Below, piece by piece: positions 1 to 9,048 of a DNA stretch of 64,000 bases (within the stretch, counting starts at the first letter, position 1; the number at the start of each line of letters is the position of its first letter). The translations under genes were made by a program, and so were the position numbers. This DNA comes from an uncultured Candidatus Rokubacteria bacterium (GTDB lineage: Bacteria > Methylomirabilota > Methylomirabilia > Rokubacteriales > DASRDR01). The notes below the pieces were generated by a model that was not told the DNA's origin, did no database searches, and saw only the letters and a program-made list of their open reading frames with translations. Location: NCBI GenBank assembly GCA_963805625.1, contig CAWDVE010000010.1, forward strand, positions 1,376,001-1,440,000. Direction: 5' to 3'.

Positions 1-1092
1 GACGAAGGGGGCAACGAGGCTCGCGGTGAACGCAACGCTGTTCAGGACCCCGAAGGCAACGCCCATCGACCGCCGCGGGGCGAGCTCGGCCGTGAGCGCA
101 TAGACGGGCGCCCACAGCCCCCAGAAGCAGAAGCTGGTGGCGAACATCACGAGGGCGAGCAGCCAGGCGGGGCCGCGCGCCTGCACGATCCACCCCATCG
201 CGGCCGTGAGCACGGCCGTGGCCGCGATCCCGCCGGCGACGACGGTTCGGCGCGGCGTGCCGCGGCGCCGCAGCAGTCGGTCGGACAGCGCGCCCACGGC
301 CAGCAGGCCGGGCGGCGCGGCGATCCCGAGGACGCTCGCGTAAAGCGCCGAGCGACCGAGCTCGCGGATGCCGACCTCGCCGAACAGCGCCGGACCCCAC
401 GTCCCGACGAGCCACTGGGTCCAGATCGGCGAGATACCCGCGATCCCGAGGAGCCAGAGGTCGCGCTGACGGAACACGCCCGCAACCTCCCGGCCGACCA
501 CGTCGCCGCGCGGCGCCTCCCCTCCGAGCCGGGTTGGGTCGGGCACGAAGCGGCCGATCAGAGTGGCCGAGAGCAGCGGCAAGGCTGCCAAGACGAGGAA
601 CACGTGCCGCCACGGCATGAGCTCCCCGAGGGTCCCGCCCACCAGGACGCCGAGCGCCGTCCCGACCCCCAGCCCCGAGAACGACGCTCCCTGCCCGAAC
701 GCGAGCCGGTCAGCCGGAGTCGCGGCCGCGATGATGGGCCGGTCGTTGGTGAAGTACATTCCCTGGGCGAGGCCGGTCAGAAGGCGCGCCAGCGCCAGGA
801 TGGCCAGCGTGCGGGAGAGCCCCGTGACCACCGCCGCCCCGGCCACCAGCAGGATCCCGAAGACCAGCACGCGCTTCCGCCCGAAGCGGTCGCCGAGAAG
901 CCCCGCTGGCACCTGCATCGCCACGTACCCGTAGAAGAAGACCGAGAAGAGAAAGCCGCCCTGGGCGTGACTCAGGCCGAATTCCGCCATGACGGGCTCG
1001 AGCAGCGGCGAGAGGGCCATGCGCACGACGTAGTTGCAGATCCAGCCGAAGACCAGAAGCGCCCACACGGTGTGGTAGGCCTGCCACGGCAT
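1..1092 (-). CDS. MFS transporter (3' end runs off the window; absent from the ORF track)
   Basis: Manual translation from ATG at 1092: [31 protein letters not shown]...[14 protein letters not shown] (MFS motif A), then further hydrophobic segments and a second [10 protein letters not shown] motif. Confidence 0.85.
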   Translation of the reverse strand, partial: MPWQAYHTVWALLVFGWICNYVVRMALSPLLEPVMAEFGLSHAQGGFLFSVFFYGYVAMQVPAGLLGDRFGRKRVLVFGILLVAGAAVVTGLSRTLAILALARLLTGLAQGMYFTNDRPIIAAATPADRLAFGQGASFSGLGVGTALGVLVGGTLGELMPWRHVFLVLAALPLLSATLIGRFVPDPTRLGGEAPRGDVVGREVAGVFRQRDLWLLGIAGISPIWTQWLVGTWGPALFGEVGIRELGRSALYASVLGIAAPPGLLAVGALSDRLLRRRGTPRRTVVAGGIAATAVLTAAMGWIVQARGPAWLLALVMFATSFCFWGLWAPVYALTAELAPRRSMGVAFGVLNSVAFTASLVAPFV

Positions 1093-1284
1093 GGTAGTCG
1101 GTCCGCTCAGGCCTGGAACGATGAGTGGGTGCGCATTGTCGGGGGCGCGTCGCGTGGCGCGGCCACCGTAACACCTCCCGGCGCCGCGCGGCTTGACCCC
1201 TCCGCGAACCGCGTGCTAGCGTCCTCGCGGCGTTCCGAAATCCGACCTGATCGGGCTCGTCGAGCCCGTCCGAGGGCCCATGTC

Positions 1285-2052
1285 ATGAAGGTCGACGGTT
1301 CCACGTTCCTGGTGACCGGCGGCGCGTCCGGGCTCGGCCGCGCCACGGTCGAGCGGCTCCTGACCCACGGCGGACGGGTGGCCATCCTGGATCTCGGGCG
1401 ATCGGCGGGCGCCCAGGTCGCGGCCGATCTCGGGCCGCACGCCCTGTTCGTCCCCTGCGACGTTACCAGCGCCGACGACGTGGGGGCGGCGATCGACGCG
1501 GCCGGCGCGCGATTCGGGCCGATCCACGGGCTCGTGAACTGCGCGGGCGTCGCGATCGCCGAGAAGACGCACGGCAAGCGCGGCCCGCACGACCTCGGGT
1601 CCTTCACCTTCGTCATCCAGGTGAACCTGATCGGGACCTTTAACTGCATCCGGCTCGCCGCGGCGCGGATGGCGCAGAACGCGCCGGGCGACGACGGGGA
1701 GCGCGGCGTGATCGTCAACACGGCGTCGGTCGCCGCCTTCGACGGCCAGGTCGGCCAGGCGGCGTACTCGGCCTCCAAGGGGGGCATCGTCGGCATGACG
1801 CTCCCGATCGCGCGGGACCTGGCCGAAGTGGGCATCCGCGTCTGCACGATCGCGCCCGGACTCTTCGACACGCCGCTCATGGGGATGCTGCCCGAGCCGG
1901 CCCGGCAGTCCCTCGCCCGGCAGGTCCCCTTCCCGAGCCGGCTCGGCCGCCCGGGCGAGTACGCCGCGCTCGCGTGCCACATCATCGAGAACGCCATGCT
2001 GAACGGCGAAACCATCCGGCTGGACGGCGCCATTCGCATGGCCCCGCGCTAG
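1285..2052 (+). CDS. SDR oxidoreductase, 3-hydroxyacyl-CoA dehydrogenase type II (HSD10-like)
   Basis: [11 protein letters not shown]-binding motif, NCAG, YSASK catalytic motif, C-terminal [11 protein letters not shown]. True start is ATG 1285 inside ORF 604..2052. Confidence 0.9.
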   Translation: MKVDGSTFLVTGGASGLGRATVERLLTHGGRVAILDLGRSAGAQVAADLGPHALFVPCDVTSADDVGAAIDAAGARFGPIHGLVNCAGVAIAEKTHGKRGPHDLGSFTFVIQVNLIGTFNCIRLAAARMAQNAPGDDGERGVIVNTASVAAFDGQVGQAAYSASKGGIVGMTLPIARDLAEVGIRVCTIAPGLFDTPLMGMLPEPARQSLARQVPFPSRLGRPGEYAALACHIIENAMLNGETIRLDGAIRMAPR

Positions 2053-2057
2053 GCCTA

Positions 2058-2135
2058 GGGGTCAGACTTTGATTTCTCAACAATTGTCGCAGGTGGGCTG
2101 CGGCGAGAAATGTCGGGAAGTCAAAGCCCGACCCC
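2058..2135. repeat. Imperfect ~33-bp inverted repeat, REP-like hairpin
   Basis: Left arm GGGGTCAGACTTTGATTTCTCAACAATTGTCGC pairs imperfectly with right arm GCGAGAAATGTCGGGAAGTCAAAGCCCGACCCC. AT-richer than its surroundings and located between convergent genes. Confidence 0.65.
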
Positions 2136-2156
2136 GGTCAACGGGCCTGACTACGA

Positions 2157-2300
2157 TCAGGAGGTGGTATAGCTGGTCTTGACGGGGTGTAGAACTTCCG
2201 CGCGTAGGTCCCCTGCTCCTGGCGGCCGTAGCTCGACGCCTTCCGCCCGTTCAGCGCCCGTCACCCACTCGCCGTTGATCAGGTTCCCATGGAGCGCCAC
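2157..2300 (-). pseudogene. Aldehyde dehydrogenase remnant (N-terminus joined to frameshifted C-terminus)
   Basis: GTG start after AAGGA encodes VALHGNLINGEWVTG, then in shifting frames GRKASSYGRQEQG / TYARKFYT / VKTSYTTS*, which are typical ALDH terminal motifs. Confidence 0.7.
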
Positions 2301-2355
2301 GGTCCTTCTCTTTCTCGTGAGACAGCTCGCGGTGGCCGCCGGATTCCGGCTGCCG

Positions 2356-2892
2356 TCAGGGCGCGACTCCGACAGGGATGCCCAGAAGCTTCCCCAGGAC
2401 GAAGAGCACCGCGAAGTTGAGAGCGAACCCGATCAGACAGACACCGACCGCACGGCCGGTCGACTCATAGTCCAACGCTTGGCGGACCGCCACGACCATG
2501 GCAACCAGCATCCACACGGAGGCGACGAAGGAGACCAGCGTGCCAAGGCCGGGGATGATCGCGAGGACGCGGATCAGTCCGGGGGTGGCCGAGAAGCCGA
2601 TGGTGCGCAGAAGCTGCCCGACATCGGCTTGCGTCTTGGCGCCCGGGAGAAGTCGCGTGCCCACGAAATAGGTGATGAACGCCCACACGTACCACCCGAT
2701 CAGCGAGGCGAGGGCGGCCAGGAGGAAGCCCCCGACCCCCATCCCCCGCATCGCGGTGACACCTCCGGCCACGCTGGCGAGCACCACGACCAGCATTGCC
2801 TGAGGGGTCGCCGTCGCGTCGGCCTCGACCTCCTCGTACGTCGCGGCGTCGAGCTTGGCCGCACCGAGCATCCGCTCCGTCAGGCTCGCCAT
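2356..2892 (-). CDS. YIP1-family membrane protein
   Basis: MASLTERMLGAAKLDAATYEEVEAD...ATPQAMLVV followed by about 5 hydrophobic helices; GGGAGG RBS before ATG 2892. Confidence 0.75.
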   Translation of the reverse strand: MASLTERMLGAAKLDAATYEEVEADATATPQAMLVVVLASVAGGVTAMRGMGVGGFLLAALASLIGWYVWAFITYFVGTRLLPGAKTQADVGQLLRTIGFSATPGLIRVLAIIPGLGTLVSFVASVWMLVAMVVAVRQALDYESTGRAVGVCLIGFALNFAVLFVLGKLLGIPVGVAP

Positions 2893-2960
2893 CAGTCGCC
2901 TCCCTTCGGGCTCACAGTCAGGGGCAAGTCGCGCGGCCCCGGTACCGCGCCGCGCCGATT

Positions 2961-4214
2961 CTACTCGCCGGGGGACGCGTCGGCCAGGGGGCCATCTTGC
3001 GGCGAGGGCAGACCGGGGCCGGTCACCGCACCGCGGCGCGCGAGCTCGCCGATGCGGTCGGGTCCATAGCCCAGCACGTCGGTGAGCACCGCCCGCGTGT
3101 CCTCGCCAGGCCGGTACGGCGCCGGCCCGCCAGGCCCGACGGCCGCGCCGTCCACGTGAAATGGCGACGCCGTCACGCGCACCGCCCCACGGGTCGGGTG
3201 GGCAACCGACGGAAAGGCCCCACGCGCCTGGAGGTGCGGCGCCGCGACCACCTCGGCGGGCCAGAGCACGCGCGCGCACGGAATCCGGGCCGCGCCCAGG
3301 GCGGCGAGCGCGTCCTCCGCCGACGCGAAGCGGTCGAGCCAAGCCCCGATGATCGGGCGGAGCTCGGGCCAGTTCTCGCGCCGAGCCATCGGCGTCGCGA
3401 AGCGGGGGTCCTCGGCCAGATCCGTCCGGCCGAGGAGATCGAGGAGCCGCGGCCAAAGATCGAGCACGCCGACGACCTGGAGCGCCACCCAGCTGTCGCC
3501 GACCTGCTGCACCAGCATCCCGCTTCGCGGACCGGGATACGACGGCCCCTCGTTCAGGACGCTGCCGAAGCTAATGTCCTCCGCGCCGATCAGCGCCTCG
3601 AGCATCGACACGTCGAGATGCGCGCCACGACCGGTGCGGGTACGGCGGAGCAGCGCGGCGGCGATGGCGCCGAAGGCGTGGGTGCCGGCCAGGATGTCGG
3701 CAGCCTGGAGGTACAGCACCCGCGGCGGCTCCTCCGCGCCCCGCTCCAGGTGCATTAGGCCCGACGTGGCATGCACGACGTGCGCGAAGGCGGCGCGGTT
3801 CCGCCACGGTCCCGTCTGACCGTATCCCGAGATGGAGCAGTACACGAGGTCGGGCCGCACGGCGGTCGCCGCCGCGTAGTCGAGTCCCATGTGCGCCATG
3901 ACGCCGGGGCGGAAGTTCTCGACCACCACGTCCGCGACCCGGACGAGGTCCAGCGCCACGGTGCGCGCCTCCGGGTGCCCCAGGTCGAGGGCGATCGACC
4001 GTTTCCCCGCGTTGACCCGGACGAAGTAGCTGCTCTGATCGCCCCGCTCCGGGTCGAGCTGGAGCGGCGCGGCCCGCATGTCGTCACCGCGCGGCCGCTC
4101 GACCTTGATCACACGGGCGCCGAGGTCGGCGAGGAGCCGCGTGCAATACGGCCCGGCGAGAACACGCGTGAAGTCGAGAACGGTAATGCCCTGGAGGAAA
4201 TCCGGGCCCGGCAC
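2961..4214 (-). CDS. CoA-transferase family III (CaiB/BaiF)
   Basis: [63 protein letters not shown] 4214 is the likely start. Confidence 0.9.
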   Translation of the reverse strand: MPGPDFLQGITVLDFTRVLAGPYCTRLLADLGARVIKVERPRGDDMRAAPLQLDPERGDQSSYFVRVNAGKRSIALDLGHPEARTVALDLVRVADVVVENFRPGVMAHMGLDYAAATAVRPDLVYCSISGYGQTGPWRNRAAFAHVVHATSGLMHLERGAEEPPRVLYLQAADILAGTHAFGAIAAALLRRTRTGRGAHLDVSMLEALIGAEDISFGSVLNEGPSYPGPRSGMLVQQVGDSWVALQVVGVLDLWPRLLDLLGRTDLAEDPRFATPMARRENWPELRPIIGAWLDRFASAEDALAALGAARIPCARVLWPAEVVAAPHLQARGAFPSVAHPTRGAVRVTASPFHVDGAAVGPGGPAPYRPGEDTRAVLTDVLGYGPDRIGELARRGAVTGPGLPSPQDGPLADASPGE

Positions 4215-4318
4215 AGCGCTACGATAGGGAACCGGCGCCGGCACCGCAAGGCCGGGTGTGGTATCCAGCCTGGACGGGTCGCGGCCTTCGGCCTATTCTT
4301 GAACCGACCGAGGCCGGG

Positions 4319-4762
4319 ATGCGGGCAGCGCGCCATCTCACGGAGGAGCAAGCCATCGCGACGTCCATCCGGGTTCTGATCGCCAAGGTCGGTCTCGACG
4401 GCCACGACCGGGGCGCCAAGGTGGTTGCCCGCGCGCTCCGAGACGGCGGTATGGACGTCATCTACACGGGCCTCCACCGGACGCCGGAAGAGGTCGTGGC
4501 GGCGGCCGTCCAGGAAGACGTGGACGTGCTCGGGGTGAGCATCCTCTCGGGCGCCCACATGACGCTTCTCCCTCGGATCATCGAGCTCCTCCGGTCGAGC
4601 GACGCGGCGGACGTGCTGGTGGTCGCGGGCGGGGTGATCCCGGACGAGGACCTGCCCGCGCTTCGCGACTCCGGTGTGGCGGAGGTCTTCCTCCAGGAAA
4701 CGCCGCCCGCGGCTCTCGTCGCCCGGGTTCGCGAGCTGGTCGAGACGGCCCGGGCCGGCTGA
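4319..4762 (+). CDS. hcmB: Cobalamin-binding small subunit of acyl-CoA mutase (HcmB-like); start uncertain (4319 or 4355)
   Basis: [14 protein letters not shown] (DxHxxG), SILSGAH and VAGGVIP B12-binding motifs; clustered with the mutase large subunit. Confidence 0.85.
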   Translation: MRAARHLTEEQAIATSIRVLIAKVGLDGHDRGAKVVARALRDGGMDVIYTGLHRTPEEVVAAAVQEDVDVLGVSILSGAHMTLLPRIIELLRSSDAADVLVVAGGVIPDEDLPALRDSGVAEVFLQETPPAALVARVRELVETARAG

Positions 4763-4810
4763 CACTGCGCGGGAGACCCGGCTCCTTCGAACATTGGCGA
4801 TCGTGGGCTC

Positions 4811-6277
4811 ATGAGCGTCCTCGATCTCGACGCGATCCGGCGCGTCCGCGGCGTGGACCTCGCCGTCTGGCCGGCACGATACGACCCCGCGTATCGGCCG
4901 CCGCCCGACGCCGAGTACTGGCTGCCCGAGGTCGAGTGCGCGCCGCCCCCCGCGCGTGAGGGGCTGATCCTCGCGAAGCTCCGCGAGCAGGTCCGGTACG
5001 CGTGGGAGCGAAGCTCTTTCTACCGCCACAAGTGGGAGGCTAAGGGCGTCTCCCCCGACATGCTCCGGACCCTCGCGGACCTCGGCTCCTTCCCCGTCGT
5101 GACCAAGGAGGAGCTCCGCGCCGCGCAGACCGCACATCCACCGTTCGGCGACTACCTCTGCATCCCTCCCGAGGGTGTCGCCCGCATCCATGGGACTAGC
5201 GGTACGACGGGCCGGCCGACCGTGTTCGGGGTCGGCACGGAGGACTGGGGACGGATCGGCGAGGCGCACGCCCGGATCATGTGGGCCTTCGGCATCCGGC
5301 CGAGCGACCGCATCCTGATCTGCTCCTTCTTCAGTCTCTACATGGGCTCGTGGGGAGCGCTCGCCGGCGGCGAGCGCCTGGGCGCGACGATGTTCCCCTT
5401 CGGCGCCGGCGTCCTGGGCCAGACGCTGGCGGCGGTCCAGTGGGCGCGTGAGATCCGGCCCGCCGCGTTCTACGGAACGCCCTCCTACGCGCTCCACTTC
5501 GCCGAGACCGCCCGGCGGGAGGGTGTCGATCCGCGGGCCCTGGGGCTCCGGGTCCTCTTCTTCTCGGGGGAGCCGGGCGCCGGCATCCCGTCCACGAAGC
5601 GGCTCATCGAGGACACGTTCGGCGGCGTCTGCATCGACACGGGAAGCATGGCGGAGATGACTCCGTGGATGACCAACGCGGAGTGCCCCTACCGCACGGG
5701 CATGCATCTCTGGCAGGATCTGGTGTACACCGAGGTCTGCGATCCCGAGACGCACCGACCGGTTCCGTACGGGAGCGAGGGCACGCCGGTCTACACCCAT
5801 CTCGAGCGCACGTCCCAGCCGATGATCCGGCTGGTCTCGGGCGACCGGACACGCTGGACGGGCGACCCCTGCCCGTGCGGGCGGACCTACCCTCGCCTGC
5901 CGGCGGGGATCTACGGCCGCTTCGACGACATGCTGGTCGTGAGGGGCGAGAACGTGTATCCGAGCGGCATCGAGGACGCGCTGCGCGCCATCCCGGGATT
6001 CGGCGGCGAGTTCCGGGTCATCGTCTCCCGGCGCGAGGCGATGGACGAGCTCCTGGTGCGCGCCGAGTACGCCCCGGAGCACGAGCCGTCCGACCGGCGC
6101 GACGCGCTCCAGCGGACGATGCGCGAGCGGCTGCGTGCGCGGATCGGGATCCATCCGGTCATCGAGCTGGTCCCGCAGGGTACTCTCCCGCGCTCGGAGT
6201 TCAAGGCTCGCCGCGTGGTGGACGACCGCGACCTCTATCGACGCGCGCTCTCCGATGAGAGGGACCGCGCGCGATGA
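4811..6277 (+). CDS. hcl: PaaK-like acyl-CoA ligase, probably 2-hydroxyisobutyrate-CoA ligase (HCL)
   Basis: HGTSGTTGRP P-loop, SGEP, GRFDDM. Segments FSLYMGSWGALAG, GSMAEM and YTHLERTSQPMIRL resemble HCL as I recall it; lies between the mutase subunits. Confidence 0.75.
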   Translation: MSVLDLDAIRRVRGVDLAVWPARYDPAYRPPPDAEYWLPEVECAPPPAREGLILAKLREQVRYAWERSSFYRHKWEAKGVSPDMLRTLADLGSFPVVTKEELRAAQTAHPPFGDYLCIPPEGVARIHGTSGTTGRPTVFGVGTEDWGRIGEAHARIMWAFGIRPSDRILICSFFSLYMGSWGALAGGERLGATMFPFGAGVLGQTLAAVQWAREIRPAAFYGTPSYALHFAETARREGVDPRALGLRVLFFSGEPGAGIPSTKRLIEDTFGGVCIDTGSMAEMTPWMTNAECPYRTGMHLWQDLVYTEVCDPETHRPVPYGSEGTPVYTHLERTSQPMIRLVSGDRTRWTGDPCPCGRTYPRLPAGIYGRFDDMLVVRGENVYPSGIEDALRAIPGFGGEFRVIVSRREAMDELLVRAEYAPEHEPSDRRDALQRTMRERLRARIGIHPVIELVPQGTLPRSEFKARRVVDDRDLYRRALSDERDRAR

Positions 6278-6393
6278 CACGCCATGGCCGCGGCGGGCGC
6301 CGGCGGGCGTGGTTCACGCTGGCGGCTCTGCGGTGTCCTGGTAGACGAGCCGCCGTCCTGTCCGCCGGACGAGCTTCGGGCGGAGGGACGTCC

Positions 6394-6924
6394 ATGAACC
6401 AGGTCCTCTACACGCGCGCGCCCAGTCCCCTGGGGCCGCTCTTGCTGGTTGGAACGGGAGACGCGCTCACCTCGATCTGGCTCCCGTTCGGTCGCGACCG
6501 CCTCGAGCCAGACCCGGACTGGATCGAGTCCGTGCAGACGTTCGCGGAGGCCGTCCGCCAGCTCGACGCGTACTTCGACGGCCGGCTCCGACAGTTCGAC
6601 TTGCCCCTCGCCCCCAAGGGCACGGCCTTCCAGCAGCGGGTGTGGCAGGCGCTCCTCGACATCCCCTACGGCGAGACCGTGTCATACGGGGAGCTCGCCC
6701 GCCGAATCGGCCGGCCGTCGGCCGTCCGGGCGGTCGGTGCCGCGAACGGCCAGAACCCGCTGTCGATCGTGATCCCGTGCCACCGGGTCATCGGAAGCGA
6801 CGGACGCCTGGTCGGCTACGGCGGGGGGCTCCCCGCCAAGTCCGCGCTGCTCGCGCTCGAGCAGCGCGTTGCGGGCACCCCGGCTCACCCGGTCCGCCCG
6901 CGACAGGGCGCGCTCTTCGGCTGA
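6394..6924 (+). CDS. ogt: Methylated-DNA--protein-cysteine methyltransferase
   Basis: GTAFQQRVW, IPYGETVSYGELA, RAVGAANGQNP, active-site PCHRV; GGAGG RBS before ATG 6394. Confidence 0.93.
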   Translation: MNQVLYTRAPSPLGPLLLVGTGDALTSIWLPFGRDRLEPDPDWIESVQTFAEAVRQLDAYFDGRLRQFDLPLAPKGTAFQQRVWQALLDIPYGETVSYGELARRIGRPSAVRAVGAANGQNPLSIVIPCHRVIGSDGRLVGYGGGLPAKSALLALEQRVAGTPAHPVRPRQGALFG

Positions 6925-6948
6925 CCCTGGCCGCAAAGGGAGCACACG

Positions 6949-8631
6949 ATGTACGACCGGGAAGCGATCGAGCGGATTCGGCGAATGCGTCAGACGTGGG
7001 AGACTGGCGAGCTGCGCCAGTTCGTCGAGCGTCAGCCCGAATCCCGGACTGAGTACAGGACCGCCTCGGGACTTCCACGTCAGCGCGTCTACACCCCGGA
7101 GGACGTCGCCGACACGCCGTTTGAGGAGATCGGCCTGCCCGGCCGGTACCCGTTCACGCGCGGCCCCTATCCCACGATGTACCGCGGCCGGCTGTGGACG
7201 ATGCGCCAGATCGCGGGCTACGGGACCGGGGCCGACACGAACGCGCGGTTCCGCTACCTGATCGGACAGGGCCAGACGGGACTCTCCGTCGACTTCGACA
7301 TGCCTACCCTGATGGGCTACGACTCCGACGACCCCCGGTCGCTCGGCGAGGTCGGGCGCGAGGGGGTCGCGGTCGACACGCTCGACGACGTCGCCGCCCT
7401 CTTCGACGGGATCGATCTCGAGCGGATCTCGGTGTCGATGACGATCAACCCGACCGCGTGGATCCTCCTCGCGATGTACGTGGCGCTCGCCGAGTCACGC
7501 GGTCTCGATCTCAACCGCCTCTCCGGCACAGTCCAGGCCGACATCCTGAAGGAGTACGTCGCCCAGAAGGAGTGGATCTTCCCCATCCGGCCGTCGATGC
7601 GCCTGATGCGGGACATGATCGCGTTCGGCGCGGAGCACATGGCGCGCTACAATCCGGTCAACATCAGCGGCTACCACATCTCGGAGGCCGGGGCGAATGC
7701 CGTCCAGGAGGTGGCCTTCACGATGGCGAACGGCATCGCCTACGTGGAGGAGGTCACGCGGGCGGGCGTACCGGTCGACGCCTTCGCGTCCCGCCTGGCC
7801 TTCTACTTCATCGCGCAGGCGGACTTCTTCGAGGAGGCGGCCAAGTTCCGCGCCGCGCGGCGGATCTGGGCGAAGATCATGCGCGAGCGGTTCGGCGCCC
7901 GGCGGCCCGAGTCCATGCGCCTCCGGTTCCACTGCCAGACGGCGGCGGCGACCCTCACCAAGGCGCAGCCCATGGTCAACGTGGTGCGGACCGCCTTCCA
8001 GGCGCTCTCCGCCGTCCTCGGTGGGGCGCAGTCGCTCCACACCAACGGGCTCGACGAGGCCTACGCGATCCCGTCGGAGGAGGCGATGAAGCTCGCCCTC
8101 CGCACCCAGCAGGTCGTCGCCGAGGAGACCGGGGTGCCCGAGGTCATCGACCCGCTCGGAGGCTCCTACTACGTGGAGTCGCTCACGAACCGGATCGAGG
8201 CCGAGGTCCTGGCGATCCTCCGCAAGGTCGACGCCATGGGTGGGACGATCCGCGCGATCGAGGAGGGTTACTTCCAGCGCGAGATCGCGGACAACGCCTA
8301 CGAGATCGCCCGGCGCAAGGCCTCGGGCGAGCAGCCCGTCATCGGCGTCAACACCCACGTGGAACCGTTCGAGCCACCCCCGATCCCTATCCACCGGGTG
8401 GACGCGGCCGTCGAGGCGCGTCAGGTCGCGGCCGTCCGGGCCGTGCGCGCGCGCCGCGATGGGCCGCGCGTCGCCGCGCTCCTCGACCGGCTGGCCGCCG
8501 AGGCCGGCGACCCCGCCGTCAACCTCATGCCGACCACGATCGAGCTGGTAAAGGCCCGGGCCACGCTCGGGGAGATCGTCGCGCGCCTCCGCGGCGTCTT
8601 CGGGCGCTACGTCGAGCGGCCGATCTTCTGA
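6949..8631 (+). CDS. hcmA: Acyl-CoA mutase large (substrate-binding) subunit with 2-hydroxyisobutyryl-CoA mutase signature
   Basis: PGRYPFTRGPYPTMYRGRLWTMRQIAG, GLSVDFDMPTLMGYDSD, ISGYHISEAGA, QSLHTNG. Ile88 and Asp115 sit at the HCM specificity positions. Confidence 0.85.
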   Translation: MYDREAIERIRRMRQTWETGELRQFVERQPESRTEYRTASGLPRQRVYTPEDVADTPFEEIGLPGRYPFTRGPYPTMYRGRLWTMRQIAGYGTGADTNARFRYLIGQGQTGLSVDFDMPTLMGYDSDDPRSLGEVGREGVAVDTLDDVAALFDGIDLERISVSMTINPTAWILLAMYVALAESRGLDLNRLSGTVQADILKEYVAQKEWIFPIRPSMRLMRDMIAFGAEHMARYNPVNISGYHISEAGANAVQEVAFTMANGIAYVEEVTRAGVPVDAFASRLAFYFIAQADFFEEAAKFRAARRIWAKIMRERFGARRPESMRLRFHCQTAAATLTKAQPMVNVVRTAFQALSAVLGGAQSLHTNGLDEAYAIPSEEAMKLALRTQQVVAEETGVPEVIDPLGGSYYVESLTNRIEAEVLAILRKVDAMGGTIRAIEEGYFQREIADNAYEIARRKASGEQPVIGVNTHVEPFEPPPIPIHRVDAAVEARQVAAVRAVRARRDGPRVAALLDRLAAEAGDPAVNLMPTTIELVKARATLGEIVARLRGVFGRYVERPIF

Positions 8632-8643
8632 GGGAGGATTGCC

Positions 8644-9003
8644 ATGAAGCTCCTCATCAAGAGCGCGTGGGGCTCCGACGATCCGACGAAGGCGGCCTTC
8701 CCGTTCCTGCATGCCAACGCGTTTGCGGAAGCCGGCCACGAGGTCCAGATCTTCCTTCTCGGCGAGGGAGTCTCACTGATGCGCACACCGGTGGCGAACG
8801 CCGTGGTGCCGGTCGGGTGGCCGCCGCTCGCCGAGATCGTGAGCAAGACGCACGCGCTCAAGGTTCCCATCCACGTCTGAACGGCTTGCTCCAGGGCCCG
8901 TGGGGTCCTGGACGCGGATCTCGACGGCAAGAACGCCACGTTCGCGGTGCCGCCGACGCTCGTGGCCCTCACGGAGTGGGCCGACAAGATCCTGAGCGAG
9001 TGA
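8644..9003 (+). CDS. DsrE/DsrF-like protein, predicted selenoprotein (UGA at 8878-8880 read as Sec; 119 aa)
   Basis: ORF track stops at 8880, but the frame continues HV-U-TACSRARGVLDADLDGKNATFAVPPTLVALTEWADKILSE*, completing a DsrE-like domain. A hairpin follows the UGA. Confidence 0.85.
8890..8912 (+). promoter_or_regulatory. Candidate bacterial SECIS element
   Basis: TCCAGGGCCC-GTG-GGGTCCTGGA: 10-bp stem with one G-U pair and a G-containing apical loop about 20 nt after the in-frame UGA. Confidence 0.7.
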
Positions 9004-9048
9004 CCGCAGGGTCCGCGGGGCCGGTCAGCAGACCCTGAGAGCTACTCG

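Noticed and set aside
4220-4340. Possible cobalamin riboswitch upstream of hcmB (AGGGAACCGGCG resembles part of the consensus)
   Set aside because: The region is too short and lacks the other conserved boxes (CCCC..ACTGT, GGGAAG, B12 box).
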